A stretch of 61,582 nucleotides of DNA, the filler included, from Choristocarpus tenellus KU-1152 (lineage: Eukaryota; Protista; Phaeophyceae): NCBI GenBank assembly GCA_964200185.2. It is 8 parts of 8 records of this genome, joined end to end, with 100 filler letters (N's around TTAATTAATTAA, not from the genome) between each part and the next. Parts side by side here need not be neighbours in the genome. Positions count along the whole stretch, not along the records: positions 35,348 to 43,751 come from CAXNAD020004753.1; positions 43,852 to 51,239 come from CAXNAD020006233.1; positions 51,340 to 58,973 come from CAXNAD020005838.1; 5 more parts are not named here. One strand, 5' to 3'. The notes under the pieces were generated by a model. The model worked only from the letters and a program-made list of their open reading frames with translations, was not told the origin of the DNA and searched no databases. Below, one piece after another: positions 38,901 through 52,915 of this stretch. The position numbers were made by a program, and so were the translations under genes. The stretch's first letter is position 1. Every line of letters begins with the position of its first letter.

Positions 38901-41900
38901 TTGATTGTTTTACCTCTATCTTTTAAAGTGCTAGACGAATATATTTTATTTTCAATACTACCAGACTTTCTTATACCATTTTTGCTTACCCTGCCTGGTA
39001 TATGATCCTCAGGCTTATATATACTGCTTACTAAAGCTTCAAAAGATTGATGATTTTTGTTATATGATTTTATTTGAGTATATATGCAAGTGAGTCAATT
39101 CCAAGGATCTCATCCCTTTTTTTAATGTGATATTTCATGCTATGATTTTTCAATTTCAGTGCAACAGCAGTACTCTCTAATTAGATCCACCTACGTGCTT
39201 TTAGTCAGTTTGTTACCAGAAGTGAGTGAGATTTGACTCTATTTATAGTCCTCTCCTACAGATTGTCAAAATATTACTATTTTGTTGTACTTGCCTGTAT
39301 TTCTTATTACTGTGGGTGCCACATTTGTTTTTTATCTCCAGCAACATGATGGATAGGGTTAGGGTTAGTGGGCTGTACAGCATGACTGAAAAAGAAGAGT
39401 ATTGGGGTTATAACTGAAAATAAATAAATATATGCATGTAGTATGTAGTAGTACTGTTGTTATATAATCATACTGTTGTACTGCCATGTCAACCAATATA
39501 CTGATTTCTTTGCTGGTGGAAGGTGGGAAAAACTGTCAGTATTTTTTAGTGTTTCCCCCCCCCCCCAGATAATGATAACTGCTTTACAGATTGTCTTCAG
39601 TGATCCTCTCCAATGAATCATATATATATGATGAGAGTAGGGTTAGGGTTATGGGTGGAGGCACTCTTTTCTATTGTGTTTTTTTTAAATGAAGTGAAGA
39701 TGAATGGCAATATTCCAGTGCAAGCAACAAAGAATGGTATGATGACAGTTGCAATCAGTTGATTTTTTTTTGTTGGGGATGAGTGGGAACTTGTGTCTGC
39801 CCCAACCTTTGCCGAATGAACAACACTGAAGAGGAGCACAGTGAAATGATAGGGTTAGGGAAAGGGATAGGGTACCCGCAGATGCCAGTTTGGGTCAAGG
39901 TTGGGGTTTGTAGCATGCAGTGGGCGTTAGTATCTCTGGGGTATGATGGTAATGGATAGGGTTAGGGTTACTGCTGGTTGGCATTGCCACATTCAAATTA
40001 AAAAATATATTGTGGAGGGATAGTGTTAGGGTTTTGAAGTAAGAAGTAGTAGTGGTAAGAATGATCATGATAATGATGTCACTTCTTTGACAATGTCAAT
40101 ATCTCACATACATGTTTGGGTTAGGGTTAGGGTTAGGTCCTGTTCTTATTGTTGAGAGTATTGATCGGGATGGATGGATGTGCTGGATTTTTATTTTTTT
40201 TGTTTTACTTCAAGAGGAAGGAAAACTGCTAGTGGGAGGACAGTATAGCTATCATTGTTTTGTCTATTAATAGTTCATATTTACCCAATGTACTATGAAC
40301 ATATTAGTAACAGAATAACTCTTGGTGAAGGGGGAGTTGCACACTCAAACCCTCCCCCGCCCCCCGCCCCACCTTTTTATACCCCTCTGATTTTTTATTT
40401 TTGATATATTCTTATTTTTGCATAATTTTTCTTTGTTACAATGGAGTTAGGATTAGGGGTGAGATTGATGAGGTATAGAGCGGAACCTTCTTTAGTTTTG
40501 TCGTATATTTTTTGTTATTATAGGTAGTGGAGGAGTTAGTTGCAAGTTATGTTTTTTTATGTCTTGAAGGTCTTTCAATTATTGGGGTGTCAAAGTGAGT
40601 CACTTGAGTCACTGTACTCTTTTGTTGAACATGTGTGTGTGTGTATTGTGAGTTGGTCGCACAGATGGGGATGAGAGATAAAAATGGAATAGAACACTGA
40701 GAGTATCAACTAGTGCACTATATATAGCGTAGTAATGATCTCGCACTAGCCCTAACCCTAGTATAGATTGTATAATATTTTCTAATATATATAATATTAT
40801 GAGATTGATGACGTGTGGGAAGGGGCTGGTGTTGAATTTATTGACCGCTATCAATACCTTGGAGTACGTGAGTCTTGAACACTGACAGTTACACTAGTAG
40901 GTGTTCACAGGTTCCTACTTCAACAGCCAGCTCTCCTAAGGGGTGTCTGTTTTAGCAGTTGATGAAAGTAAGGGATGATTGTTCATCTAGCTCTTACTGC
41001 ACGTTGTTACTTCTTAAATTTTTGAAGGCACATGTGGTGTGGGGGGGAGGGTTGTACAATTCAGTTGTGTTTCTCCTTGCATAGAGAAAACTGTTCCCTT
41101 TTTTTGTTCCACAAGTTAAATATTTATATATTTTTTTTGAAACCGTTTTTGAAATAACAAACAAAAAATTGTTGTGAAATGGCAAGAGAGGGGTACCGAT
41201 CCTTTTTTCATGCCTGATTTTGAACAACCCTGCTGTTTGAGGTAGTTACAAGGAGCATGAATCTGTCCCTGTTGTTGTGTCCATTGTATGTAGTAGTGTA
41301 TTATGAGTTGACTCCTTGTGTTTCCTTGTTGACACCAATGTGGGAAAGGTTCACAGACAAGGCCAGGGAGAAGGCACGCCAGAAGAAACTTGTGCGTCTC
41401 AAGGAGGAAAATACTAAGGCAAGATCATCGACCACAACATGGCAGAATGATGGTTGTGTGTGCGTGTGTGATTGAGTTTCATAGTTGCAAGGATCCCAAG
41501 AGTAGTGAATTGTTTCAAATATTGAACCATTGTGTGCACTTTCTTGGTTCAGATTGTTGTTGAATAAGGGTTAGGGTTTATGGTTTTTTATGGGGGTATT
41601 CAAAGAGGCGATACTTCCAGCCAATGGTCAATGATCAACAGTTTTTTCTTTATGATATTTGACTGTGAAGCAACGATCATCCTTTCTTCTTTCTTGTCCA
41701 AGTCCTATTTGATTAACCAATCAAAAGGGGTTACGGGAGGAAAAGGTTCTGAGGACAAATCTTGCAACAGCTTTTTTTTTTGTCTACATCAACTAAAAGT
41801 AAAAATATTTCCTTGGTATTGGTCGCTCCAAGTGTCAATGCGATTGTGGACTTTTGAACAGTGTCTTTCATGTGTTTCACTTCTTGTTTGTTTCTGCGGT

Positions 41901-43751
41901 GAGAGATCACATCTATAGTGACTTGGAAGGCGTGTTAGGCATGTACTCTGCATGTATACATTTGATTTTGAGACTTGGGCGTAATGTGGTTGATTTTTTG
42001 TTGTTGTGGACAACGAAGTGAAGGGATAGTGAATGGAGAGATTTATTGGAGTTGTATGTCATCTATGAACTGCTTTGGGGTCTTCTTAAAAGGGTAAACA
42101 CTGAGGTTACGAATGACTAGCAGGAGAAGGTTTGATTAAAACTTCTTAATTCTAGTAATGTAATCAGTCATTAGTTGATTTGCTTTTGTGCTACACACCA
42201 ATATGCAGAGACAAGAGGAAGAAGAGAAAGAAGCAGCTGACCTCAAGAAAAGAGAGGAAGAGGTGGCGTCAGGGGGAACTGTTGGGAACAGAGCCATAAG
42301 GGAAGAGGAGGAAGTTCGTAGAAAGAGGAAGGGTCGACACCAGCAGATACTGGAAGAGTGGGATGATCTTGCCAAGGAGGAAAGACTGTGAGGACTTGAA
42401 TGAAAATAAATATCGGGTTATCACCATTCCTCTTTTGTTCGTTGTTGTGCCTGCTGGCATTTTGAAGATTTTTTTAGGGTTGGGGTTAGGGCAGTGGAAT
42501 ATAATGTGACAAGGTTTCGTGTTTGTTGTTGGTATAGTGGTGGTGGACTGAATAGAATATTTATGTACTTGTAACATGAGTTGTCCATGTCTATATTATG
42601 TACAGCATTTATATACATGGTAAGGTTTCCAGGAGGATATTATGTCTTATCGTAAAACTCTATTTTTAAAGGGGGTAGGGGATGTTCCATTGTGGATGTC
42701 TCCCATTGAATGAGTGGGATATATAGACTAATATATTGTATTGGTGGAAGGTGCTGTTGCTGTTGATACTTGTACATGGTTGCTGCAGTGTGGTTGTTTG
42801 AATCTCTTAGCCTCCTCCACTTTTGATTGGATAGGTTTATTTGAGAGGAGTATTTATGTAATTTTGTGACTGTGATCTCACGATGATTTATATGGCCCAG
42901 TAGGTTAAGGGTGTAGCAGTATCATTTTCATGGTGTAGCATTATATTTACGTTGCAGTTGCTTTCCTACTAATAGTAACTTGAAGTAGTCTCTGGGGCAA
43001 CAATATGTATGCTGATATTATGTTTCATAAGAAGTCGTGTATGCGTGTGCTTCATACTTGACAGATTTGCTGGGATATTTCTCCTCTTTGCAACTTTGTT
43101 AGGGTTAGGGTTTGCTTCTCCTTTTCCCAAACACACTCAGGTGCATTGCACTATATGATGAAGAGGGGATATTTTGTGTATGTCGAGCTTTTGCTGATCA
43201 AGCAGTAGTGTGTTCTTTCTAAGACTCGTAAGGGACAGGAACCAACTGATGCCATAGCCAGCCTCTTGTATTTTTGGTGTCTAAACCTCTCTCCCTAAGA
43301 AGATTTTCTCTTTGTACTGTAGTAACTGTTATTATTATATCTCATTTCTTATCCGATGCCTGATCTTGTCTCCCCTCAACTCGAAAACCGTTTTTTTTTT
43401 TTTTTTTTTTTTTTACAGGTATAAGAAGTTCCGCAAGAAGAAGCTCACACAAGAAGAGTATGACCTAGAGCTCAGGGGTGGCGGTGGGGAAGAAGACATA
43501 GATGGAAAGTACAATCACCAGGATCACGTGTGTCAAGCAACAGAAAATACTCACGGTGATGCTGACAGAACAAATAAGTCTGGTGGTGCTGCGACAAGAG
43601 GTGGCAGAAAATGGAAGGGTAGTACTGGATCCGGTGTTGGACCAAAGGGAGAAACGTGTGTTGGAAGAGGTCGTGGCCGGGGCCAAGGCAGGGGGAAGGG
43701 GAGGGGTGGGGGAAGGGGGGAGGGTGTGGGAAGGAGGAGAGGAAACAAGAA
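35941..43751 (+). CDS. DDX55: DEAD-box RNA helicase DDX55/Spb4, C-terminal exons; both ends cut by gaps
   Basis: Exons 35941-36020, 38333-38467, 41349-41418 (GC donor), 42209-42387, 43419-43751+. Product DLLEKGTRAFIAFVRAYKEHQCQFIFRFNELDLGLLARSFALLRLPKMAEL..FTDKAREKARQKKL..EWDDLAKEERLYKKFRKKKLTQEEYD, then an RG-rich tail. This is the typical Spb4/DDX55 C-terminal extension. Confidence 0.88.
35999..36494 (+). repeat. 44-bp minisatellite, 11 full copies plus a partial, spanning an exon-intron junction
   Basis: Unit atcagtgtcagttcatattcaggtgtgacatgttgtatcggtct starts at 35999, 36043 ... 36483. Confidence 0.97.
37534..37713 (+). repeat. Two-copy ~93-bp tandem duplication in a DDX55 intron
   Basis: gagtaaagttctt.gaaattgtgtttt...tctcttagagtacgtacggagat occurs twice. 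Confidence 0.85.
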
Positions 43752-44268
43752 NNNNNNNNNNNNNNNNNNNNNNNNNNNNNNNNNNNNNNNNNNNNTTAAT
43801 TAATTAANNNNNNNNNNNNNNNNNNNNNNNNNNNNNNNNNNNNNNNNNNNNGGGGGATCGAGTGAGAGGGCGAGAGAGCCGAGGCGAGGGCAAGGGTGGA
43901 GGGAGTAGTCAGTAGGGTGTTGCTTCATGGATTAAATGGGAAAGGGTTTCGGAAACATCTGTAGGGATGAGTGTGTTTTTGGGATGCCAGGTTTGGGATA
44001 TGTGTAGGATTGAGAGTGCAAGGTTGGAGGGTGGTTTGTGAGGGGCGTGTTGAAGTGGGGGTCTTTCTGACTATGTGCAATAGAATATCACCAGAGGTTG
44101 GGGATAAATTACCTCTTGGATCTCTCCTTCTCTTATCATCTCTTTCTCTCTCACACACACACGTTCCAAATGTCTCTACAGTCTTTGCTAAGATCAATAG
44201 GTATGCTAACTGCGAGAGACCCCACACATGGCCCTTGCTCCTTTCCCAATTTCATTCATCGAGCACAG

Positions 44269-47200
44269 ACAGCACATTCCTTATCGCAACTCAATGATGA
44301 CTTCCGTGCTGAGGGACAGCCTGGGAGGGAACTGCAAAACTGTCATGATTGCTACCATTAATCCAGAACAGGTGTGTAGAATCCGTCACCCCCACCCCTC
44401 AACGATTCCATGTCAAGAATACTCTACACCCCCCACCATCTAAGACATACTCTTCTCAAAGGCGATCCAGTAAACCTGCGAGCCTTAGCTTTGCATGGTG
44501 TAATCTCCTCGGCAGGGAGGAGAGTAACCAAGTAGTCAGTTTAACCCGCCTATACTAAACGTGACCTATTCCCCCCTCCACCTTTCCCATCACCTGCCCT
44601 CCATTCTTGATTCTGATCTCCTCTTCTGCACCATTTTCCCCAATCAACACTGCTTCTTCAATCCGCCCCCAAGCAGTCTCAGACAGAGGAGTCCATCTCA
44701 ACCTGCCGCTTTGCTCAGCGAGTGTCCCAAATCAAGAATTCTGCTATCATCAACGAGGACACTGACCCCAATGTGCTCATTCGGAGGCTCAGGGGAGAGT
44801 GCGCTGCTCTGACAGAGGAGGTCAAATATCTCAAGGTAAGAAATACTAGGCATGGACAGTAGAGCAAGTGAGGTGAGTCAGTAATACCTATGCTATCACT
44901 AGTAGCCCTCTAATTTTCATAAGTAATATGATGACCTTGGATAGCAAAATTAGACCCCTGTCAGGAGGAGGGGGAAAGGGAAGAATACAGTACTATGGAC
45001 GATATTCTAGTCAATACCTTGGATATAGCTGTCTGCTGGGTAACTTCAGAGATAGAGGGGGCCATGATATGAAGCAATATGGTAACTACCACAACTGGAG
45101 TCAGATATCTCTGTGCCTATGACTATCTAAACAAGGGAAACTGATGTGATCGTTTTTGGAAACAGTGAGCTTAGCGCAGGTTAGCACTGCACTGCATATC
45201 CCAAGTGCAACCAGTACGAGCTCCCTCCGTTCTCAACCTTGCTGACTTGTATGTTTGTGATTTTTGTGTCATGACGTGAAATACCATCAACACACCGAGG
45301 GAGTAGGGGGAGGCAGGTGAGGGCGATGACCTTACATCCGAGGAGATCGACAACCTGAAACAGAGGTGAGTCTAAAGGATAAAGTTCATCTATGATAAGC
45401 CAGAGGTTTGGGGCTCAGGTTAGGATATCCTTGGGGGTAAAATATTTCTTATTGAGGAGCTTGGATTGTGAATTAGGATTCCATTGGTAAACCAATGAGA
45501 CTGGAGGACTTTGCTAAGTGAGGAGTCCAGTATTTGAGTTTGTGCAAGACAGGGAGGCTGGTGTATATTTTTCATGACTCTTAGTGCTAGTAAGCCAACG
45601 AGGTGTCAGTGTCCATAAACCCACTTCATACTATCAAGCATAGGCTGTTTTCTGTATTCATTTCCTGTTCTGTGTGCTTCATGCCCCCAATCTTATCCTC
45701 CAACCACCAGCCTGACCTTGGCTGTAGCCTATCAGCAGTCCTCATAATTGGTCTCCCATGCATTACATACTCTGATCAACCTCACCTTGAATTCCGTTGA
45801 AATCCAAAGCAACAAGGTCAAGCCCAAATTGCATCCTTAATCACCATTGTAGAGTGCAATTTCACTCTAGATGCCCTTTGTCAACCCGAGCTGAAAACAA
45901 AATCCAAACCCATGCTCTACTTGGAACACTAATCTTAACGTTAGCCCCAACCTCAACCTCAACCATTTAGCCTTAACCCCCAGACATACAAAGTTTGAAG
46001 GGATAGTTAGGAGATAAAGTATCTCAGAGGGTAGAGTCGCGTCCATTTGGGGACCAAAATCCAATATTGCGACTTTGATGTAATTTTGGCTATCGTGTTT
46101 GTTGGGAAGTGTCAATATCTATGTTTCGGACACACCTTTTCATAACATATAAATTTCACCTACTCCTAAACATTTTGGAATAGGAAAATGTCATTAAAAA
46201 AAAATGGGAAGCCAAGCCCCAAATGGACAAACAGGAAAAAATTCGTACCCTCTAAGATACTTTCACTCTAGAGGACTTATGATGGGCCATGTGTGTCATA
46301 TTGAATGAAATATATATGACGTGCATTTGCCCATCAAAACCCCCCAACGAAACTGCTACCTGAATCATATTTTTTTGTGTACAAACTTTGACATTGTTTC
46401 AAGTCATCCCCAAAAATAATATTAAAGAAGATTGAAGGGGTATCTCCTGTTAAGGATCCAGTTGGCATACAGCCTTTCATATATACCCCCATGACATTGG
46501 CACGACTCGTTCTTTGCCCTAACTCTAGTCCAAACCTGACCCCATCTCTTACAGATGTCGTGAGTATGTTGATAGTAGGGAGAGTGGGGTGCAGCTGCGC
46601 ATAGGAGCGTACACCCTCAGCAAACTCAAAAGATGCTTTGCTATCTTCAAGGACATGATCTTTGAAGGTAGAAGTGCCATAGGGAAGACTGCTGGTGAGA
46701 AGGGCATGGGTAGTCGGGAGAGTAAGCTTGGGAGTCTGGATGTTGTAGGCGCTGCGGACAATACCAATGGTGACCATAAAGGAGGGGGACAAGGGGCATG
46801 TAAAGAGGATGTTCAAAGGCAGGTACGACTTGGCAATGGAGTGAACAGATTCAACCTCTCCTTTTTTTCCATCTTGTCCAATGGTTCACCGCCAACACTA
46901 CAGTAGCACGGAAAAGTATAGCTCAGTAGGGTACTATGTGCTGCAGTTGGTCTACTGTTATAGTGCAGTGTACTAGCTGTGTATGCCTCCACTGTGGCTA
47001 AAATAGCAGTTTCAATTTCAGTTTCAGTTTCAGTTTCGGTTTTGAGTTGGGATTATTTGAGGGGGTTACGTTCACCTTCGTCTTTTTATGTTGGCCTAGA
47101 GCTCTGCCAGTAGTGGTTGGCACAATATCAAGTGTGTTTGGAACACCACTTTGCTTGCGGTATCCCAGAGAGGCTCAAAGTATCTGTGAGGGGGTGGCGG

Positions 47201-48489
47201 CTGTCCATTTGGGGTCAGTTTGTTCATGTCGCAATTTTTGGGTGGTTTGCCTGCATATGTCGGATGGTTACTGTAAATGTACTTTCCCTGATTTTGACCC
47301 AAATGGACACCCTTGTGTAGACTCCCCCCCCCTCCTCCCAGATACTTTGGGTCAGATGTCTTTGAAAGTACTCAGATTATCGTGCGTGTGGATGTGCATT
47401 CAGGGATATGATTAGGTTGTGCATAGTATTTTACACTACCAATACAGAAGGTCATCCCCTCTAAAAAACCCTGAACATCGAAGGAGGAGGAATTACAAAA
47501 CGAATTGATTGCTAATATACTTTTCCCAAGCACCAATAGCACCAACACGTACCCAATCGAACCTATGCCCTTGTCAAAATTGCTGATGACGCATGCTTCA
47601 GCTTCTGTCCCTCCAAGACGCCCTTCAGCAAAGAGATCATGAGATTGCCATTCTCGTCAACATGATCAAGCAGGTTAGTGGGAAACGACATCAACCGTGG
47701 GGTGGTGATATGGGGATTGAACCAGAACTTGGAAGTACATAACCAAGATCAGTCATTATTAAAAATGAATCAATATATGTTTAAACAAAATCAGCCCAGA
47801 TATGAAAGAGGATTAATTCAAGAGGACATGGACCAGTCCAACGTTAATACAAGTACCGGTGTGTGCAGTGGTTCACTTCTGTTCATCATGAGATTATTAG
47901 AAGTGCAACGTTTCAGCAGAGTATGGGAAACCTAAAACTGCATCTGAGTACAGTGGTACAGGTTGAAAGTCACAGACTTGGCCAAAAGCACTCATGAAAC
48001 CACCTCATAGGCCTCCGCCTGCTGGACCCCCACACCAAAACAACCCATGTCTCCACAGCTGTGTGTCATCCTTTCACACAAACTGAAGTCAGGTGAACCC
48101 TTGCCTCCCCCTACGATCTATTTCAGGGTAAGGGTCCGATGCCTGGATTTAGCACTCTGTCAGAATCTAACCAACAACCATCGGGAGGAGGGCAAAGCCT
48201 TGTTTCAGAAGCAGCCCCCAGAAAGAGAGATGTAAAGGATGAGGAGAATGAGGCTAAGGGGTGGGGAGCCAAGGGAAGGGAGACTGCAGCTACAAGAAGG
48301 GGACAGGAGAAGGGGAGGGGATTACAGAATGGAAGCAACGGTGCTGTGGACGGGGTGGCACCTCCAGCAGACGCCTTCTTGCTTGAAAACCCTCAGGAGT
48401 CGTTCACTTACTTCAGGGAGAGGCACCCTGGTCAACCTGCTATGGAGGAGAACAAGTCTCTACTGAGTGAGAAGTATGCCAGGGCTAAG
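44269..48489 (+). CDS. KIF6: Kinesin-9 family motor (KIF6-like): end of motor domain, neck and stalk exons; partial
   Basis: Exons 44269-44371, 44677-44835, 45307-45365, 46555-46822, 47602-47673, 48127-48489, phase-compatible. [42 protein letters not shown] and [16 protein letters not shown] are KIF6-type motifs. Confidence 0.88.
46011..46268 (-). mobile_element. MITE family A full copy in a kinesin intron
   Basis: Reverse-complement match to the 30071 copy. Termini gagataaagtatct / agatactttcactc. Flanks share only tag. Confidence 0.85.
47172..47353. mobile_element. MITE family B full copy (~182 bp) in a kinesin intron
   Basis: TIRs ggctcaaagtatctg / cagatactttgggtc, with internal inverted gtccatttggg / cccaaatggac. 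Confidence 0.85.
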
Positions 48490-51041
48490 GTATGGATTGA
48501 GTGAGGCACACAGATGCGGATTATTGGTGTATTGCCCTTGAACTAAGCTACAGAGTACAGAAATCTCTGTGCACATAGAGGGGGAAAATAGTGTAGAGTA
48601 TGTTCCGACAGTCCACATAGCTTTGGTTTCATAGTATAGAGGAGGGGGGTGGGTGCTTGGGTGGAGCTTAGGTAGTTTAAGAGAAAGAAATGAGTGGAGT
48701 TTGAGTGGAAGAGGTATAAGCATGATGCATGGATTGTAGGTGGCTCGTACATGATAATCATGTATCGCTTCTGTTACACTAGAGCACAACTTCCTGTCAA
48801 CCATTGCCATCACCAAAATTCCATTCACTTGATCGAATATGTCCTACCCATAACAAATTTATAGAAACTTTTCTTGATATTGGATTGGGGGGGCAGTGCC
48901 GATCATAGATCACAGACTGGGAATAACCACACTTGGTTGAATTATGCCGGGGAAAATCCTTGACTACAGGCCAGTCACATTACAAGCTTGTAGTGAGCAG
49001 AAAATGCGGTTAATGAGGTCTTTGTCTAGCTATCCGTAAGACAAGCATGGCCATGATATGCATGCCTCTTCATCCCAACTAGATAGCCTTTTGGCGCTGT
49101 AGAACTAACTGCCCCTCCATTGTTGTGGACTTGCAGTCACTCTGCACGTTCTATCTTGACTCACAACCAAAGGTTCAGCTTGAGCTCTTATAAGCGATCC
49201 CAAAGTCATGCTGAGATTGATTGGGTACATACCACCCAGGAAGAAATAAAATTGCACCAATGATGGCCTACTAGTTGCACTGAACCGATTTGGTACCTTG
49301 AGCATGATTTTGGCCTCCCTCCCCTATCAGATAGGACTTGGGCTATAGAATAACTGGGGGTCGACACTTAATTCCGATTGTGCTGTTTCTTCCAGTCTCT
49401 CTCCTCTTGCTGTTATGAGGAAACAGACACAGGGTAGATTCAAGGCTTCACATTTCAATGGCTATGTAGTACTGTCAGATATTGGATGCCCTAATTCCTC
49501 CATGTAAACTCAATACTATACACCCGAGTAAAGCCAGCTTAACATTGGATTGTTCTTTCTCAGGGATACGCACATGAGCTCACATTCCCAGTCCCCCAGA
49601 GTTTAACCATGAGAAATGGACAAAGGAGTCTGATGTAGTCTGGGGGGATCCAGGTAGAGAACACTCACCTGTGATTGGAATAGTTTAGGGACCTGACCCA
49701 CAACACCTTCAATGAACACCAAACGCTCTCCAGGCCAGCAGCGTTTTGTGCTAATCTTTGTGTGATTGTCTATGATTCAGCTCTACAAAAACAGTCCCCT
49801 TAGAGCAACTCGGAACCATGCAAAGAACTGGGAAATTGCTTGGGTGTGGATATCAAGGAGATATCACAATAATGAAGAGGTGGAAGGCGTGCATTGAGCG
49901 CTGGGTGTGCATTGAAGAGGTGGTTCAGCACTTGGGGATGTACCGGTCATTGGTTGTTATTATTATTATTATTATTATTATTCATCCAGATTATATCTAC
50001 ATTACAAGTGTATTAAATGTAGTACATGGAGTGTTATGTCAATCATTAAGTTCGGAGCTTCATATTAAATCAAGGCAGCATGAAAGTTACAGCGTTAACA
50101 TTTATAGGGTGAATGCTTTATGGATGAGCAAGATTCCCCAAGATATACCTTATACTGTAGTCCAAGAACAGGTCTGTACAGACATCGTCAAGCAGCACCA
50201 TAAGCTTCGAGGGTAGAAAAGGACTATTAACAAAATCACCCCCCAGGTTGCAGTTCTGTCCGTCCACTCCATTAAATGTCTGCTCCGGAGTATAATGATG
50301 AAAGAATATTAACAAAATCTTGTTTTGGTAAGGGTGCCTATCCTCCTGCAAGCTTTCCCGGCGACCGTTTTCACAGGGAAGAGTACTTAGGTTTAGGGTT
50401 ATGAGCCTTTGTTACCACCTGAGTGCTAGTAGCATATCATCCCGAAGCCCAATTGTGTTGGCTGTGACGGGGAGGACGTTGCCTTGGACTTGCCCGATGC
50501 TGAGTTAGCACAAGTCCAGGTGACCCACACGGAGGATGGTGGATCTGCACTTACCTTCTGTACTCAAATTGCACTGTTGGTATTATTGTGTGCAGTAGCC
50601 CAAAGTGAAAGAGACAGTTTTTATCAACAATGAACGCCAGGGTCCATCGGGGCATTTTTTTTTTTTCAACCTCTTAGATGCCCTTATTAACATGTCCATT
50701 CTGCATCTTAGGGTTAGGACATGACTGGAGAATGCGAAGGGGTGGAGAACCCACCAATGTTACTGAAATTGTTACAGATAGGACGCCCTCATTCAGCCCC
50801 GGGGGAGACCATGGCTTCCAAATTTGGGGCATGAGATTGAATTTGTCTCTGCTGTGTTTGGACTAGTTAGGGTTAGGGTTGCTCCATTTTGAGGGAAATT
50901 TCTGGCACATCTTGACATTCCCAAGGACTGTTTTACCCTCATCAAGGGAAAAGGTTGTTCTCTCAAACACACAGCACACAACTATATCCAAAAAAGGACC
51001 CACTCAAAACCAAGGGTCAATGCAGTTGCAATTCCACCCCT

Positions 51042-51190
51042 GACCCAGCGTATCTGGGGGGGGGGGAGTCTACACAAGGGTGTCCATTTGGACCATAACC
51101 AGGAAAAAGTGTACTTACATTCTCCATCGGATGAATGGAACCAAATCACACAAAAATCACGACATGAAAAAACTGGCCCCAAATGGACAG

Positions 51191-51239
<49 letters not shown>

Positions 51240-51367
51240 NNNNNNNNNNNNNNNNNNNNNNNNNNNNNNNNNNNNNNNNNNNNTTAATTAATTAANNNNN
51301 NNNNNNNNNNNNNNNNNNNNNNNNNNNNNNNNNNNNNNNCCCCCTTCCCCCCCAGATACTTTGAGTC
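51042..51367. mobile_element. MITE family B sequence on both sides of a gap, with an expanded poly-C tract
   Basis: 51042-51239 matches the family B body, and 51340-51367 is a right TIR (cagatactttgagtc). The two parts may come from different copies. Confidence 0.7.
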
Positions 51368-51931
51368 TGGCTGTATGAGTTGGTAGGGGTGGAGGTGGAA
51401 GCCAATTCAGAACGTACTACTGCAGAAAATTGCTCGCACCTGTTCATAATAGATCCTCGTGCACCACTTGTGTACCGTAACAAAGCGAGTCAGCACCTGT
51501 CTATCGAAGACTATCAAGCATCGTACGTAAGGTAAGAGTGGGTTGGGTATCTAGCAACCAATCATATATGCTGTCATACTTGTAGAGCAGTTTTGACGAA
51601 ATCAGGGTGAGTACAGACTTTTCCAGTTCTGCGTCTGCAAGTCCAGTAATACTTCAATGTGTCGGCCAATAATGCCCTATTATCTTAGAGGGGGGTCGAT
51701 TTATGTTCTTTTGGGTGGAAAGGACTTACAAATGTGCTGTCTGACACCTCCACTCCCATGCCCGAAAAACAGCTGACCCCCAGTCAGGAGGATATGGGTA
51801 TAGGAGAGGAGATGAAGATTTGTCTGTGCAACTGCAAGATCACCCTCGAGAATTGTAGGACATGTACCAGAGAGTAAAACCGTCTAAGATGGGGATCGAA
51901 TTTCGACCTTTGGAGTTTTTAGATGTGTTTG

Positions 51932-52106
51932 GACTCAAAGTATCTGGGAGGGGGTGGCGGCTGTCCATTTGAGGTCAATTCTTTCATGTCGCGATTTTGG
52001 GGTGATTTGGTAGCATACGTCAGATGGATAATGTAAATGCACGTTTCCTGATTTTGACCCAAAATGAAAACCCTGGTGTAGTCCCCCCACACACATACTT
52101 TGAGCC
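51932..52106. mobile_element. MITE family B full copy (175 bp)
   Basis: TIRs gactcaaagtat / atactttgagcc. Perfect TSD TTTG (51928-31 and 52107-10). Confidence 0.88.
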
Positions 52107-52915
52107 TTTGAACCTTGTGCAACATACCCAATGCCTATTCCTAAAGTGTAGTTAACCACAGTCACGAGTCAAATCAACTGAGAGATAGGCAGATTTGGAC
52201 CCTTTTGCATTCTAAGGCATATTTCTTACCATGTGTAAATACACTCTATTTCATTGTTATATGTTCACGACAGTGTACGCCAAATTGATATCCCCCCTTA
52301 ACACATACATAGTGACCCCACAGTCAAGCAAAACCTCTTTCTGCAAATGTAGAAAATGGCGTATTTTTCTCCTTTCTTGGGATCCTTAAAATGCAGCCCT
52401 GCCTACCACTCAATTGTTTTGGCTCTCACAGAGAACTCTTGTACTCAACTGCCCCGTCCTTTAGAATAACATGGCTCATAACATTACTGTATCTTCTACA
52501 TCAATATTCAATGCACTCAGGTCATTGTATCCAATGCACACTTCACATTTCACCTCATGTTGGGCCACAATCAACGCTGAAGTCCACACAAATATTGATA
52601 CCGCCTGGATCACCTAACTATAGTATCAGATCTCCACACACCAAGTATGACTCGGCAATATATAATTCTATACGCTGTATTATGCTGAAAGTAGGAGCAA
52701 ACAAAAATATGCATGAAAATACCAACACAACTTAATACGAGGAACAAGAGTTCAAGCTATTCTGGCATATTCGAAGCATAGAAAAACCTTTCTTTTAATT
52801 TCTTGCTTCTTATATATGCAATCATGGGTGACTTGACCACAACAACATGACAATGCTGAGTGCAAGGTATAGTACACCAGTCGAAAAGTGTTCACCTTCC
52901 CTGCAATATTTCTGC

